64,000 nt of DNA from Eledone cirrhosa (Eukaryota), in assembly GCA_964016885.1 (NCBI GenBank), contig OZ024764.1:2108001-2172000 (forward strand), written 5' to 3'. The notes under the pieces were generated by a model. That model was given only the letters and a program-made list of their open reading frames with translations, was not told the DNA's origin and ran no database searches. Positions 10,685 through 24,404 of the stretch are shown here, in pieces (position 1 is the first letter of the stretch; the number at the start of each line of letters is the position of its first letter). The position numbers were made by a program, and so were the translations under genes.

Positions 10685-12148
10685 ATAATAATAATAATGA
10701 AATATTGTGTACAGTGCTCAGGTGCACTACAACTCATCAAAAAGTGTATGTATAGTACATAGGGTAATGTACAAACATCAGGAAAACGAACAGTGCATGA
10801 GTCATGATATACACATAACAATGAAATTATTGTGTAAAGTGCTCAGGTGCACTACAACTCGTCAAAGGTGTATGTATAGTACATAGAATAATACACAAAT
10901 GTCAGGGAAGTACATGTGTGTATGTGTTAGCTGTAGTGTTGGCGGATCTCGGGAAGCATGGAGGCCTTAAAGGATGCAGTGTCTCGACAGCTAACAACTG
11001 ATGCAGGTAGTTTGTTCCATGGAGGTTTTAAAGGATGCAGTGTCTCAACAGCTAACAACTGATGCAGGTAGTTTGTTCCATGGAGGCCTTAAAGGATGCA
11101 GTGTCTCGACAGCTAACAACTGATGCACGTAGTTTGTTCCATGGAGGCCTTAAAGGATGCAGTATCTCGACAGCTAACAACTGATGCAGGTAGTTTGTTC
11201 CATGGAGGTTTTAAAGGATGCAGTGTCTCGACAGCTAACAACTGATGCAGGTAGTTTGTTCCATGGAGGCCTTAAAGGATGCAGTGTCTCGACAGCTAAC
11301 AACTGATGCAGGTAGTTTGTTCCATGGAGGCCTTAAAGGATGCAGTGTCTCGACAGCTAACAACTGATGCAGGTAGTTTGTTCCATGGAGGTTTTAAAGG
11401 ATGCAGTGTCTCGACAGCTAACAACTGATGGAGGTAGTTTGTTCCATGGAGGTTTTAAAGGATGCAGTGTCTCGACAGCTAACAACTGATGCAGGTAGTT
11501 TGTTCCATGGAGGCCTTAAAGGATGCAGTGTCTCGACAGCTAACAACTGATGCAGGTAGTTTGTTCCATGGAGGCCTTAAAGGATGCAGTGTCTCGACAG
11601 CTAACAACTGATGCAGGTAGTTTGTTCCATGGAGGTTTTAAAGGATGCAGTGTCTCGACAGCTAACAACTGATGGAGGTAGTTTGTTCCATGGAGGTTTT
11701 AAAGGATGCAGTGTCTCGACAGCTAACAACTGATGCAGGTAGTTTGTTCCATGGAGGCCTTAAAGGATGCAGTGTCTCGACAGCTAACAACTGATGCAGG
11801 TAGTTTGTTCCCTGCTTCAGCAACTCTGAGCGTGAAAAAATGTTTCCGAAAGTCATGGGAGCTGTGCTGTTTTCTTACTTTGTGGGCATGCCCACGTGTG
11901 TTAGACACATGGAAATCAAAAAGATACTCAGGGTTGTTGTTGGCAACATGGTTAACAATTTTGTGGGTGTTTACCAAGTCAGTTGCTAGGCGTCAGAGCT
12001 TTAATGAATCCATGCCCAGGGAAGCAAGGCGCTCAGAGTATGGTAGATGCCTGATGGAGGGTATTCGCTTGGTTGCACGTCTCTGAACAGTTTCCAGGCG
12101 GTCAATGTTCTGAGCAAGATAGGGGTTCCAGACTGGTGATGCAAATTC
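10685..12148 (-). mobile_element. 5'-truncated CR1-like LINE
   Basis: EFASPVWNPYLAQNIDRLETVQRRATKRIP...YSERLASL, TRGHAHK and FFTLRVAEA.NKLP, followed by a 3' UTR and (ATT)n tail. Confidence 0.85.
10957..11810. repeat. 61-bp minisatellite, 14 copies, inside the CR1 ORF2 end
   Basis: Unit CATGGAGGCCTTAAAGGATGCAGTGTCTCGACAGCTAACAACTGATGCAGGTAGTTTGTTC. Confidence 0.95.
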
Positions 12149-12364
12149 TTTAGCTTTTAAACAGTCAATCAAATAAAAGAAATCAATACATGCCACGTGT
12201 TAGCTGAGTGTGACGGCTAGGCACAAGTAGCCAACCGGCACTAGGCGCGTTTTCTATAAACTTCATAAACCCTCACATCCAGTAAATCGTATTTTGGAAA
12301 AGCAATATCTGGGTAAGTGAAGAAGCTCTGTAGTTGATATCAACAAACAAAACCCAGCAGGCAA

Positions 12365-13188
12365 TATATGTATATATATGTATATATGTATATATATGTA
12401 TATATATATATGTATATAAACATCAAACAATATATATATATACACTACGTATACACTATATATACACCTATATATACACTTTATATACACTATATATACA
12501 CTATATACACTGTATATACACTATTTACACTTTATATACACTATATACCCTACATATACACTTTATATACACTATGTATACACTATATGTACACTATATA
12601 TACACTAAATATACTATATACACACTATATATACACTATATATATATACACTATATACACACTATACACACTATATATACACTATATACACACTTTATAC
12701 ACACTATATACACACTATATACACTATATATACACTATACACACACTATATATACACTATATATACACTATATATACACTATACACACACTATACACACA
12801 CTATATACACACTATATACACTATATGTACACTATATACACACTATATATACACTATATACACTATATATACACTATATACACACTATATACACACTATA
12901 TACACTATATACACTATATATACACTATATATACACTATATACACTATATACACTATATATATACACTATATACACTGTATATACACTATATACACACTA
13001 TACACACTATATACACTATATACACACTATATACACTATATACACACTATATACACTACACACACTATATACACTGTATATACACTATACACACTATATA
13101 TACACTATAGACACTATATATAAACTATAGACACTATATATACACTATAGACACTATATACACACTATATATACACACTATATACACA
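12365..13188. repeat. Degenerate (TACACTATA)n-type simple repeat
   Basis: Direct reading. Confidence 0.9.
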
Positions 13189-13267
13189 CCTGTCACCTCC
13201 CATCCCAGCAGTAATATATCAAGGTTTCTCCAATCACCAATGACAGCTCATCACAGTGTGATACATG

Positions 13268-13832
13268 TCACAGCAACACCACCACCACCACCATCACCAC
13301 AACCATCACCACCACTACACCACCATCACCACGACCATCACCATCACAGCACCACCACCACCATCACAGCAACACCACCACCACCACCACCATCACAGCA
13401 ACACCACCACCACCATCAGCACCACCATCACCACCACTGCCACCATCATCTTCACCATTATAACCATCACCACCATCAGCACCATCACACTACACACCAC
13501 ACACCACTACACTACACCACACACCACCACCACCACCACCAGTACACCACTACCCCCACTACACCACACACCACCACCACTACACCACTATCACCACCAC
13601 CACCACCAAAGCAACACCACACACCACCACCACACACCGCCACTACACTACACCACTACCCCCCCACTACACCACACACCACCACCACTACACCACTACC
13701 CCCCCACTACACCACACACTACCACCACCACCACCACTACACCACTACCCCCCCCCCACTACACCACACACCACCACCACTACACCACTACCACCACCAC
13801 CACGACACTACACCACTACCACTACCACCAGC
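13268..13832. repeat. (CAC/CAT/CTA)n low-complexity tract
   Basis: Direct reading. The poly-H/T/P ORFs are artefacts. Confidence 0.9.
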
Positions 13833-13979
13833 ACTATTTCCTCATTCTCCATTGTATATAACTTAATACATGTCACTATGGCAACAGCAAGTAATGTTGT
13901 TCTGTTAGTTGTTGTTGTTTAGCCCCAGGTCAGTCCTGATCCAGTAGACCTATGATCAAAGATAGTCCAGCTGTGACCA

Positions 13980-16832
13980 TCCTGTCTTATATACAGACAC
14001 AGTGTATCTAGGACTACACTATCTAATGTGTCCTGTCTTATATACAGACACAGTGTATCTAGGACTACATTATCTAATGTGTCCTGTATTATATACAGAC
14101 ACAGTCTATCTAGGACTACATTATCTAATGTGTCCTGTCTTATATATAGACACAGTGTACCTAGGACTACATTATCTAATGTGTCCTGTCTTATATACAC
14201 ACACAGTGTACCTAGGACTACATTATCTAATGTCCTGTCTTATATACAGACACAGTGTACCTAGGACTACATTATCTAATGTCCTGTCTTATATACAGAC
14301 ACAGTGTACCTAGGACTACATTATCTAATGTGTCTTGTCTTATATACAGTCACAGTGTACCTAGGACTACATTATCTAATGTGTCCTGTCTTATATACAG
14401 ACACAGTGTACCTAGGACTACATTATCTAATGTGTCCTGTCTTATATACAGACACAGTGTACCTAGGACTACATTATCTAATGTGTCCTGTCTTATATAC
14501 AGACACAGTGTATCTAGGACTACATTATCTAATGTCCTGTCTTATATACAGACACAGTGTATCTAGGACTACATTATCTAATGTGTCCTGTCTTATATAC
14601 AGACACAGTGTACCTAGGACTACATTATCTAATGTGTCCTGTCTTATATACAGACACAGTGTACCTAGGACTACATTATCTAATGTGTCCTGTCTTATAT
14701 ACAGACACAGTCTACCTAGGACTACACTATCTAATGTGTCCTGTCTTATATACAGACACAGTCTATCTAGGACTACATTATCTAATGTGTCCTGTCTTAT
14801 ATACAGACACAGTCTATCTAGGACTACATTATCTAATGTGTCCTGTCTTATATACAGACACAGTGTACCTAGGACTACATTATCTAATGTGTCCTGTCTT
14901 ATATACAGACACAGTGTACCTAGGACTACATTATCTAATGTGTCCTGTCTTATATACAGACACAGTGTATCTAGGACTACATTATCTAATGTGTCCTGTC
15001 TTATATACAGACACAGTGTATCTAGGACTACATTATCTAATGTGTCCTGTCTTATATACAGACACAGTCTACCTAGGACTACACTATCTAATGTGTCCTG
15101 TCTTATATACAGACACAGTGTACCTAGGACTACACTATCTAATGTGTCCTGTCTTATATACAGACACAGTCTATCTAGGACTACATTATCTAATGTGTCC
15201 TGTCTTATATACAGACACAGTCTACCTAGGACTACATTATCTAATGTGTCCTGTCTTATATACAGACACAGTGTACCTAGGACTACACTATCTAATGTGT
15301 CCTGTCTTATATACAGACACAGTGTATCTAGGACTACATTATCTAATGTGTCCTGTCTTATATACAGACACAGTGTATCTAGGACTACATTATCTCATGT
15401 GTCCTGTCTTATATACAGACACAGTCTATCTAGGACTACATTATCTAATGTGTCCTGTCTTATATACAGACACAGTGTATCTAGGACTGCATTATCTAAT
15501 GTGTCCTGTCTTATATACAGACACAGTGTATCTAGGACTACATTATCTAATGTGTCCTGTCTTATATACAGACACAGTGTATCTAGGACTACATTATCTA
15601 ATGTGTCCTGTCTTATATACAGACACAGTCTACCTAGGACTACATTATATAATGTGTCCTGTCTTATATACAGACACAGTGTATCTAGGACTACATTATC
15701 TAATGTGTCCTGTCTTATATACAGACACAGTGTATCTAGGACTACATTATCTAATGTGTCCTGTCTTATATACAGACACAGTCTATCTAGGACTACACTA
15801 TCTAATGTGTTCTGTCTTATATACAGACACAGTCTATCTAGGACTACATTATCTAATGTGTCCTGTCTTATATACAGACACAGTGTACCTAGGACTACAT
15901 TATCTAATGTGTCCTGTCTTATATACAGACACAGTCTATCTAGGACTACACTATCTAATGTGTTCTGTCTTATATACAGACACAGTGTACCTAGGACTAC
16001 ATTATCTAATGTGTCCTGTCTTATATACAGACACAGTGTACCTAGGACTACATTATCTAATATGTCCTGTCTTATATACAGACACAGTGTATCTAGGACT
16101 ACATTATCTAATGTGTCCTGTCTTATATACAGACACAGTGTACCTAGGACTACATTATCTAATGTGTCCTGTCTTATATACAGACACAGTGTACCTAGGA
16201 CTACATTATCTAATGTGTCCTGTCTTATATACAGACACAGTGTATCTAGGACTACATTATCTAATGTGTCCTGTCTTATATACAGACACAGTGTACCTAG
16301 GACTACATTATCTAATGTGTCCTGTCTTATATACAGACACAGTGTACCTAGGACTACACTATCTAATGTGTCCTGTCTTATATACAGACACAGTGTATCT
16401 AGGACTACATTATCTAATGTGTCCTGTCTTATATACAGACACAGTGTATCTAGGACTACATTATCTATGTGTCCTGTCTTATATACAGACACAGTCTATC
16501 TAGGACTACATTATCTAATGTGTCCTGTCTTATATACAGACACAGTGTATCTAGGACTACATTATCTAATGTGTCCTGTCTTATATACAGACACAGTCTA
16601 TCTAGGACTACACTATCTAATGTGTCCTGTCTTATATACAGACACAGTGTACCTAGGACTACATTATCTAATGTGTCCTGTCTTATATACAGACACAGTG
16701 TACCTAGGACTACACTATCTAATGTGTCCTGTCTTATATACAGACACAGTGTATCTAGGACTACATTATCTAATGTGTCCTGTCTTATATACAGACACAG
16801 TCTACCTAGGACTACATTATCTAATGTGTCCT
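13980..16832. repeat. 51-bp minisatellite, about 56 copies
   Basis: Unit TGTCCTGTCTTATATACAGACACAGTGTA(T/C)CTAGGACTACATTATCTAATG. Bracketed by direct copies of TTTA(G/A)CCCCAGGTCAG(T/C)CCTGATCCAGTAG at about 13918 and 16845. Confidence 0.95.
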
Positions 16833-17119
16833 TCCTTGCTATTGTTTAACCCCAGGTCAGCCCTGATCCAGTAGTGACTATCCAGTTTTTTAGTCAAACA
16901 CAACAGCAACAACAATACCAACAACTGATACCAGAACCACATAAAAGAATTAGAACTTGAGAGTGTAGTGTCCATGCTAATCGTATGACAACCCGGCCAT
17001 CCCCCCGGGCTGGTCAAACCGGGCCCTCAGCTGTCAGCTGGTAAATCATGTGACGGAATGATGAAACCAGACAGAGCTGGAAGAAAGGTCACAAGGCTGA
17101 TGACACCATAAAAATGTAT

Positions 17120-17121
17120 GG

Positions 17122-17163
<42 letters not shown>

Positions 17164-17639
17164 GCACACACACCCATATACATATGTTTGTATATATGTG
17201 TAGATACACATATACATATATACACACATGTATATATGTATATATACACATATCTATATATACAATCTGTTATTTTAATATATATATATATAAGTATATA
17301 TACATATACATATATATACATATACACATATATATAAAATATACACATATATATATACATATATATTCATATACACATATATATACATATACATATATAT
17401 ACATATATATTCATATACATATATACATACATATACATATATACATACATATACATATATATACATATGCACATATACATATATATACATATATACACAT
17501 ATATACATATATACATATATACACATATACATACATATACATATATATACATATGCACATATACATATATATACATATACATATATATACATATATACAT
17601 ATACATACATATATACACATACATATATATACATATACA

Positions 17640-17673
<34 letters not shown>

Positions 17674-18188
17674 CATATATACACTAGTCCACTCAACAAT
17701 ACAGGGAAGTAGGCACTAGACATTTCAATTTAGGCCTCATTAGCAAAGTGGCCACTTATCTTTTGTTAGGGGTTCAAATAAGGGGATGGGGAGACGGTAC
17801 GTCTTGGGGGGTGGGGAACAACCTTGTTTTATTTTGTTTTATACACACATGATATATATATACTTATATATATACATTTATATGTATACATATAATGTAT
17901 ATATATATATATGTAAATGTATATATATATTTAAATGTATATATATATATATATATATAAACATTTATATATATATATAAGTATATATAAGTATATATAT
18001 ATACGTAAGTACATATATATATAAATGTATATATATATACGTAAGTACATATATATATAAATGTATATATATATATATATATAAATACATATATATAAAC
18101 ATTTATATGTGTATATATAAACATTTATATATATATATATAAGTATATATATATATTTAAGTATATATAAGTATATATATATATATAA

Positions 18189-18276
<88 letters not shown>

Positions 18277-18326
18277 TTATATATATATAAGTATATATAT
18301 ATATATATAAGTATATGTATATATGA

Positions 18327-18390
<64 letters not shown>

Positions 18391-18448
18391 TTATATATAT
18401 ATATATATAAGTATATGTATATATGAATGTATATATATATATATGTGT
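17120..18448. repeat. (TA)n/(CATA)n microsatellite field
   Basis: Direct reading. A short unique island lies at about 17685-17840. Confidence 0.9.
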
Positions 18449-18544
18449 GCTGAAGAAAAGGTTTCTTACAAAGCTAGCTTTGTGTAGTTCTCTAATAGAA
18501 CTTTTCAAAGAGAAGATAGTCCTCTCTTTCTCTCCCTCTTTCAC

Positions 18545-18955
18545 ACAAACACACGACCCTGTGATAAACACACGACCCTGTGATAAACACACGACCCTCT
18601 GATAAACACACGACCCTGTGATAAACACACGACCCTGTGATAAACACACGACCCTGTGATAAACACACGACCCTGTGATAAACACACGACCCTCTGATAA
18701 ACACACGACCCTGTGATAAACACACGACCCTCTGATAAACACACGACCCTCTGATAAACACACGACCCTCTGATAAACACACAACCCTGTGATAAACACA
18801 CGACCCTCTGATAAACACACGACCCTCTGATAAACACACGACTCTGTGATAAACACACAACCCTCTGATAAACACATGACCCTGTGATAAACACATGACT
18901 CTCTGATAAACTCATGACCCTGTGATAAACACACGACCCTGTGATAAACACACGA
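18545..18955. repeat. 19-bp minisatellite, about 21 copies
   Basis: Unit GATAAACACACGACCCT(G/C)T. Confidence 0.95.
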
Positions 18956-19122
18956 AACTCCAGATTAACAAGACTCACTATTTAGCCTTAATAGTTTTGA
19001 ATATCGAAAACCCTACTTCAGTATTGAGTACTCTTTCCTCTCAGCCGGCAACTGCATATGGATCCTTTTTTTATATAAACATACTCACATACATACATAT
19101 ATACATATATACATACACACAT

Positions 19123-19800
19123 TAAAAGCTACAGCAATGTGGAAGACATCCATGTACATAATATGAAAGAGTACTGGTGGAAAGTTCCAGTAAAAACCCC
19201 AATAAAATGCAGGCATAACAGACCAGATATTATGATATGGGACAGGCAGAAGAAAACATGCACAGTAGTGTAAATTAGCTGCCCAGCAGATGCCAATATA
19301 ATATCAAAGATTAGTGAAAAGGAGAATATTTATGCAGAACTGATGAGAAATCTGCAGATACTCCACCCTGATTACACCTTCATATTTATACCTGTGATTA
19401 TTGGGGCACTGGGGTATGTTAGTAACTGCCTCGATACAAATCTTGAGAAGCTGGGCTTCACAGGAACAGAAAGAACACAACTAGTTAGGAAATTACAAGT
19501 ACAATCCATTAATGGAACAGTAAAAATGTGTAAAACATTCCAAAAATTTTGCATCTCATAACTGCATATACACATGTACAGATACAAAGCATACGTACAT
19601 GCACAGATGCAACTCAAAACATCCACATCCACACATACAATAACATCCATACCTGCACACACACACATGCAGGCATACATACATATCTACCTAGTTGGTG
19701 TTGTGTAAATTCCAATGAGAGAGTTTTGTGTCTATGTTAGAAACCAACTCTCTCTCTTTTGGCAAACATTTGTGAAATTATAAAACCAGAAGAACATACA
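19123..19800 (+). mobile_element. 3' fragment of the R4-like RLE retrotransposon, second copy
   Basis: Highly similar to the reverse complement of 3565-4205. An in-frame TAA replaces the E of VEISCP. Ends in (TACA)n. Confidence 0.8.
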
Positions 19801-19867
19801 TACATATATATATATACATACACACATACATATATACACAGACATACATATATATATATATATATAA

Positions 19868-20210
19868 TGGCTGCCCCCTCGTTATCGAGTATGGCCATTG
19901 CACGATATACCATTATCAATAATTATCAATTAATTCTATCGTGCAATGCCTGTGCGTGAAGATATGTTTTAAAGTGAGGAAAGACTGTGCACTGAGCCAA
20001 TCCCACTCTCTGAGAGACAGTAGCTATAACCTGAAAAGAAGAAAAGATCAACATCATCGGTAACTACTGAGCCGCAGGTTTTATATCGGAGTTATTTCAG
20101 TTTCCTGAGTTGCCTTCAGAAGAAGGCCCTGACAAAGGCTAGGGGTCCTTCACTCCCAGTGGTTTAACCGCGCAATCGGGTGTCCAGCCCGACTATTTCT
20201 ATGTCCCCGT
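19868..20210 (-). mobile_element. RTE-derived non-autonomous element, family B
   Basis: Reverse complement of 46700-47042. Shares CCTAGCCTTTGTCAGGGC and GATGATGTTGA.CT..TCTTCTTTT with family A. Confidence 0.65.
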
Positions 20211-20282
20211 GCATATACATACACATGTACCCATGTATATATACATACACATACTATGTACATGTGTATATACATATTTACA

Positions 20283-20480
20283 CATTTTTGGATGGCCGTT
20301 GACTCTTATGAGTTCTTCCGCCCTTTGTCAGGTTTTGTTTTTCGTCCTGCAGGGTGTCCAAAATCACCCTCCTCACCTAGTAAACTTGGTGGGGTTGCCG
20401 GTTTAGTCGCTAACGAACCGACCAAGTGACAGGTTGTACTGGGTTACATGTTATCAGTAGCACTCAAGAGTAGCCCGACA
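20283..20480 (-). mobile_element. 5' part of an RTE-derived element, family A
   Basis: Matches 33995-34180 and 38830-39020. Confidence 0.6.
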
Positions 20481-20504
20481 TACATACATACACATATACA
20501 TACA

Positions 20505-21310
20505 TGGTTATTGCTTTATCTTTGCAGACGATTGCCGTCTCCCTATGCACCCCCATCTACCGTCACCAACTCCAAACGTCCGTTCATGGCCTCTTAGGTG
20601 GCCTCTAAGTCCAGCATTAGATTTCCCCAGTCTGCAGCAAATGTGACAGACAAAAGATGTGCCCTCTATTGGATTGATTGGGTCAGTTTGTGGGATGTCA
20701 TCCTTGTGTACCCTCATATGCTTTTTAAGACCATAGATTGATTTGCAGATCTTTCTACACACCACACATGCTGTCTCACCTAGTAATGGAGGGATAGAGC
20801 TGCATACAGTCGGCTTTTTATGTGATTTTAAATAAGTGATGTACCCAGATTTAGAGAGCAGTAGAGGACCATACACCTCACAAATCCAGCTCCCTATGTT
20901 CTTATTGAGGTTCATACTGTGCCCCTTTCGAAGGTGATGTTTAAGTTTTTCATGGTGAAGACATCTCTCTTCAAACATCTGCAACCTTCCTTCACAAGTC
21001 CTCTCCATTTAACCCTCTTTAAAGCAAGCACTTCCCAGTTCTGAACTTCAGACTGTAGATCTTTAACTTTGTTTTTTATGCAATCATTATATCTTTTTCT
21101 TGACTGTAAAATAGTTGTTTTGGGAGTCTTTCCTCATTTATGCGCACATCATATCCTACCCAACACATTTGAGAGCATATGATGGTAGATTCAATGCTTG
21201 TGCAACCAGCATCTATAAGGATTCGTGTCAGGTATTTTTTGTTGCCATTTGATGTTTAGGATTCATCTTAAACATTTTTGATTAAAGTGCTTAAGCAAAT
21301 TGATCCAGTG
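20505..21310 (-). mobile_element. Degenerate RTE (BovB-like) LINE 3' end with C-terminal C2H2 zinc fingers
   Basis: KCLR*ILNIKWQ..., ERLPKQLFY, CVVCRKICKSIYGLKKHMRVH and CHICCRLGKSNAGLRGHLRGH. Frameshifted, with a (TATG)n tail. Confidence 0.75.
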
Positions 21311-21760
21311 ACAATGTCTTAGAGAGGTGTAAGTGTGCAAGGTCGGATTTTATCATGTTGTTCCAGGTTTTTCTGGGTCTACCTACTCCGTAACTTCCAT
21401 CAATTTTGATTACCCTGCACTATTTTATGCAGCTGTCGTCTTTCATGCGCATCACGTGACCATACCAACGTAATCTTCTCTCGAGTAAACAGCATCTGAT
21501 CCCTCTTATTCCTAATTTCTCACTTAGTTCATTTATGTTTTGCCATTTGTATATATTAATTACTATTACATATCCAACGGAGCATGCATGCTTCGTTCCT
21601 TTCCAGTCTACGCAGGTCCTCTGCACACAATACCCATGTCTCACTGCCATGTAACATTGTAGTTCATATACAAGCATCATACAATCTGCCTTTTATTTTC
21701 AGAGAGATACCTTTTGTGGCCAACAGTGGTATAAGCTCTCTGAACTTTTTCCATCCCGTT
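21310..21760 (-). mobile_element. RTE LINE fragment
   Basis: GWKKFRELIPLLATK.ISLK.KGRLYDAC and ELSEKLGIRGIRCCLLERRLRWYGHVMRM. Homologous to 31930-32220. Confidence 0.8.
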
Positions 21761-21874
21761 AATGAATATATACATATTTATCATAACTATAATAAAGTAT
21801 GGAGTGTGGGACTGCGTCCTGAATATATATTTTTTATCCCGTTAATAAAATAAGTTGGATTATTTTGAAAAAAT

Positions 21875-22236
21875 AATTGTTTCTACTTTTGGCACAAGGC
21901 CAGCAATTACCCAGTACATTACTGGTACTTTATTCTATCGACCCCATAAGGATGAAAGGCAAAGTTAACCTCGGCAATGAATGAATATTACATAAGTTAT
22001 CTACTAAATTTCGTAGCTGTTGATTAAACATAAACATTCTTATATATAATTGTTTCTACTATTGGCACAAGGCCAGCAATTATCCCAGTGTATTACTGGT
22101 ACTTTATTTTATCGACCCCGTAAGGATGAAAGGCAAAGTTAACCTCGGCGGGATTTGAACTCAGATTGTAAAGGGACGTAACTATGCTGGAAAGCATGGC
22201 GTCCGACCCTCTACCGAAACTGCCACTCCACCGCCC
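21875..22236 (-). mobile_element. SINE family 2: partial copy at 21875-21977 and full copy at 22048-22236
   Basis: Same core and B box as 6530-6715. Confidence 0.85.
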
Positions 22237-22907
22237 GTAATATATATAACGATTGTTTATTTCAAGATTCACTTCTTTAAAATATTCAAATGTCAACACT
22301 TCCAGTTAACGTCCGTTATATCATAACACTTATTACATCGCTTATGTAAACATCCATATATTTGCATCGTTATATAAGGTTTCATTACCGTAATCCAGTT
22401 TATATATAATATCATCTTATTTAATGTATCATGGATTACTTTACTGATTACATAAGACAGTGAAACACAGTCTCTCTTCAGTTTCTGTGTATATTGTCAA
22501 TTACAATTGTATTTGACGTATGATATCTATATGTATATATATTTGCATATAATATCAATATACACACTACACATGTATCATATCTACATGTATATATACT
22601 TGCGTATAATATCTATATACACACTACACATGTATCATATCTACATGTATATATATTTGCATATAATATCAATATACACACTACACTTGCTGGCAGAAAA
22701 CCACATGAAGGGTGGTTTTTCTGCTAGTATAGATAATGCTATGTCTAGTATTGAAATAATATTTCTTCAAATCACTTCACAAGATACTATGGGATGGACA
22801 ACAGTACATTCAGTTTTGAAATAATGTTTCTTTAAATCCTGAAAAACACAACACACACACACATACAGATACACATATATGACAGCAGTTTCCATCTACT
22901 AAATATA

Positions 22908-24052
22908 CAGTTGTCCCCCGGTATTTGCGGGGGTTACTTTCCTGGAGCATTCGCGAATATTGGACGTGGTCCATAAAAATGCCTACAAACATCAAAATAC
23001 AATGTAAAATATAATAAAAAAAGAAGGAGAGTCTTATACGAAGGGGCGTCCAATAGGCCAGCAAATACAGTATATTGTTGTCCGGAGAGAAAGGCATCTG
23101 TCCTCAGTCCTCTCAACCTCGTCCACCATATAACCTCTTTCACCATAGCCACCGTACAGAGGAAAACCACCTCTCTTTCATTTTTGGATACATAGATGGA
23201 TAGACAGTTAGAGAGATAGATAGACAGATAGATATAAAGATATAGGTAGATAGATAGATAGATAGATTTCTTTATTAGCCACAAGGGCACAACAAGAAAG
23301 GGGACAATACAAAGACATGCCGGGGATTTTACATACAGTCGTGTAAAAAATATAAAAACAAACAATTTCAACAAGCGAAATCCCCAATAGGGGGGAGGCG
23401 CCACAAATGGGTTGTTTAATACCCCGTAGATAGAACAACCCTCAACTTTAGGAGCATGTTGTGCAAGTGCTCCTTTCTTCCTTTTGCTCTCTTCCTCAAC
23501 CTACAGGCTTATAAACAGAGAAAGCCCAATGACTCGGGCCATTTTCGCTTCATCCACCCACCTTTCAGTAAATTTACTGGGGTACAGTGCCTCTCTCTCC
23601 ACCCTGATTCTCCTTCTAAAGTGATACTTAAAGAAGGGAATCAATTGTTGTCTGGAGACAATGGCATCTGTCCTCAGTCCTCTCAACCTCGTCCACCATA
23701 TAACTTCTTTCACCATAGCCACCGTACAGAGGAAAACTGCCTCTCTTTCGTTTTTGAAAGAGTCTGGCAGTTTGATCCTTACTATGGACTCGGCAGTCAA
23801 CTGTATTTGTCCCATACGCGACAGCAGTTGTTCTGCATAGTTCCACAGGTCGCTTACGCCCGGGCAGTGTACAATTGCGTGCAGAACTGTTTCAATGTCC
23901 TTTGTTGTTGATAATTTAGTGTCAAAAAAGATATTTAAAAAATTGCGGAAGATATTCCGTGAATATTCGGTGGTTTCCACGAACAATTATTAGGTGGGTT
24001 CTAAAGGAAACTTTACGAATAACCGGGAGACCACGAATGCCGAGGTTCACCG
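22908..24052. mobile_element. pogo/Tigger-like MITE with nested Tx1 LINE fragments
   Basis: TA-flanked degenerate TIRs CAGTTGTCCCCCGGTATTTGCGG and the reverse complement CGGTGAACCTCGGCATTCGTGG. Confidence 0.55.
23188..23905 (-). mobile_element. 5'-truncated Tx1-like LINE related to 53014-58640
   Basis: ETVLHAIVHCPGVSDLW...KEVIWWTRLRGLR...SLFISL* aligns with the ORF2 C-terminus at 57824-58405. 3' UTR ends AATAAAGAAA followed by (TCTA)n. Confidence 0.9.
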
Positions 24053-24404
24053 TATAGGCTAGATCTATATACTACTCCTGTTGTATATAATGTATATGAT
24101 ATGTATTGGAGACGTTTGCTTCTGACAGGACATCCTAGAATGAGGCGTGCTTGAGGACTCCACCCCCAACGAACTCACCCAGGAATAAGTGGGCGAAGAA
24201 ACAGAAGGGTCTGTAATGTATAAGACGATAAACACACCCAGTACACTCTGTAAAGTGGTTGGTGTATCGAAGGGTATTCAGCTGTAGAAAGCTTGCCAAA
24301 GAAGGGATTAACAGGACCCTTCAGTTGTGTCATAAGACACAACTTCTCTCTACTTGATATGACTGTACATAAGCAGGATAGAGACACCTAGGCCTGTCTG
24401 GGAG

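Larger units (their letters stand above)
10102..12330 (-). mobile_element. Internally deleted pogo/Tigger DNA transposon with a nested CR1-like LINE
   Basis: TA-flanked imperfect TIRs (CAGTGAATCTTCGCTTATCC and the reverse complement CAGAGCTTCTTCACTTACCC). A transposase remnant lies at 10238-10660. Confidence 0.75.

Noticed and set aside
14304-16874. 856-aa and 648-aa ORFs
   Set aside because: The 51-bp unit is a multiple of 3 and lacks stops in several frames on both strands. Indels shift frames freely, so this is satellite rather than a gene.
16817-17017. Signal-peptide-like ORF (MWFWYQLLVLLLLLC)
   Set aside because: The Leu run comes from (TTG)n-like sequence, and the frame runs into a repeat without a clear donor site.
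22375-22485. Hammerhead on the minus strand (CTGAAGA...GAAAC)
   Set aside because: The motifs are about 90 nt apart with no closing stem II or stem I.
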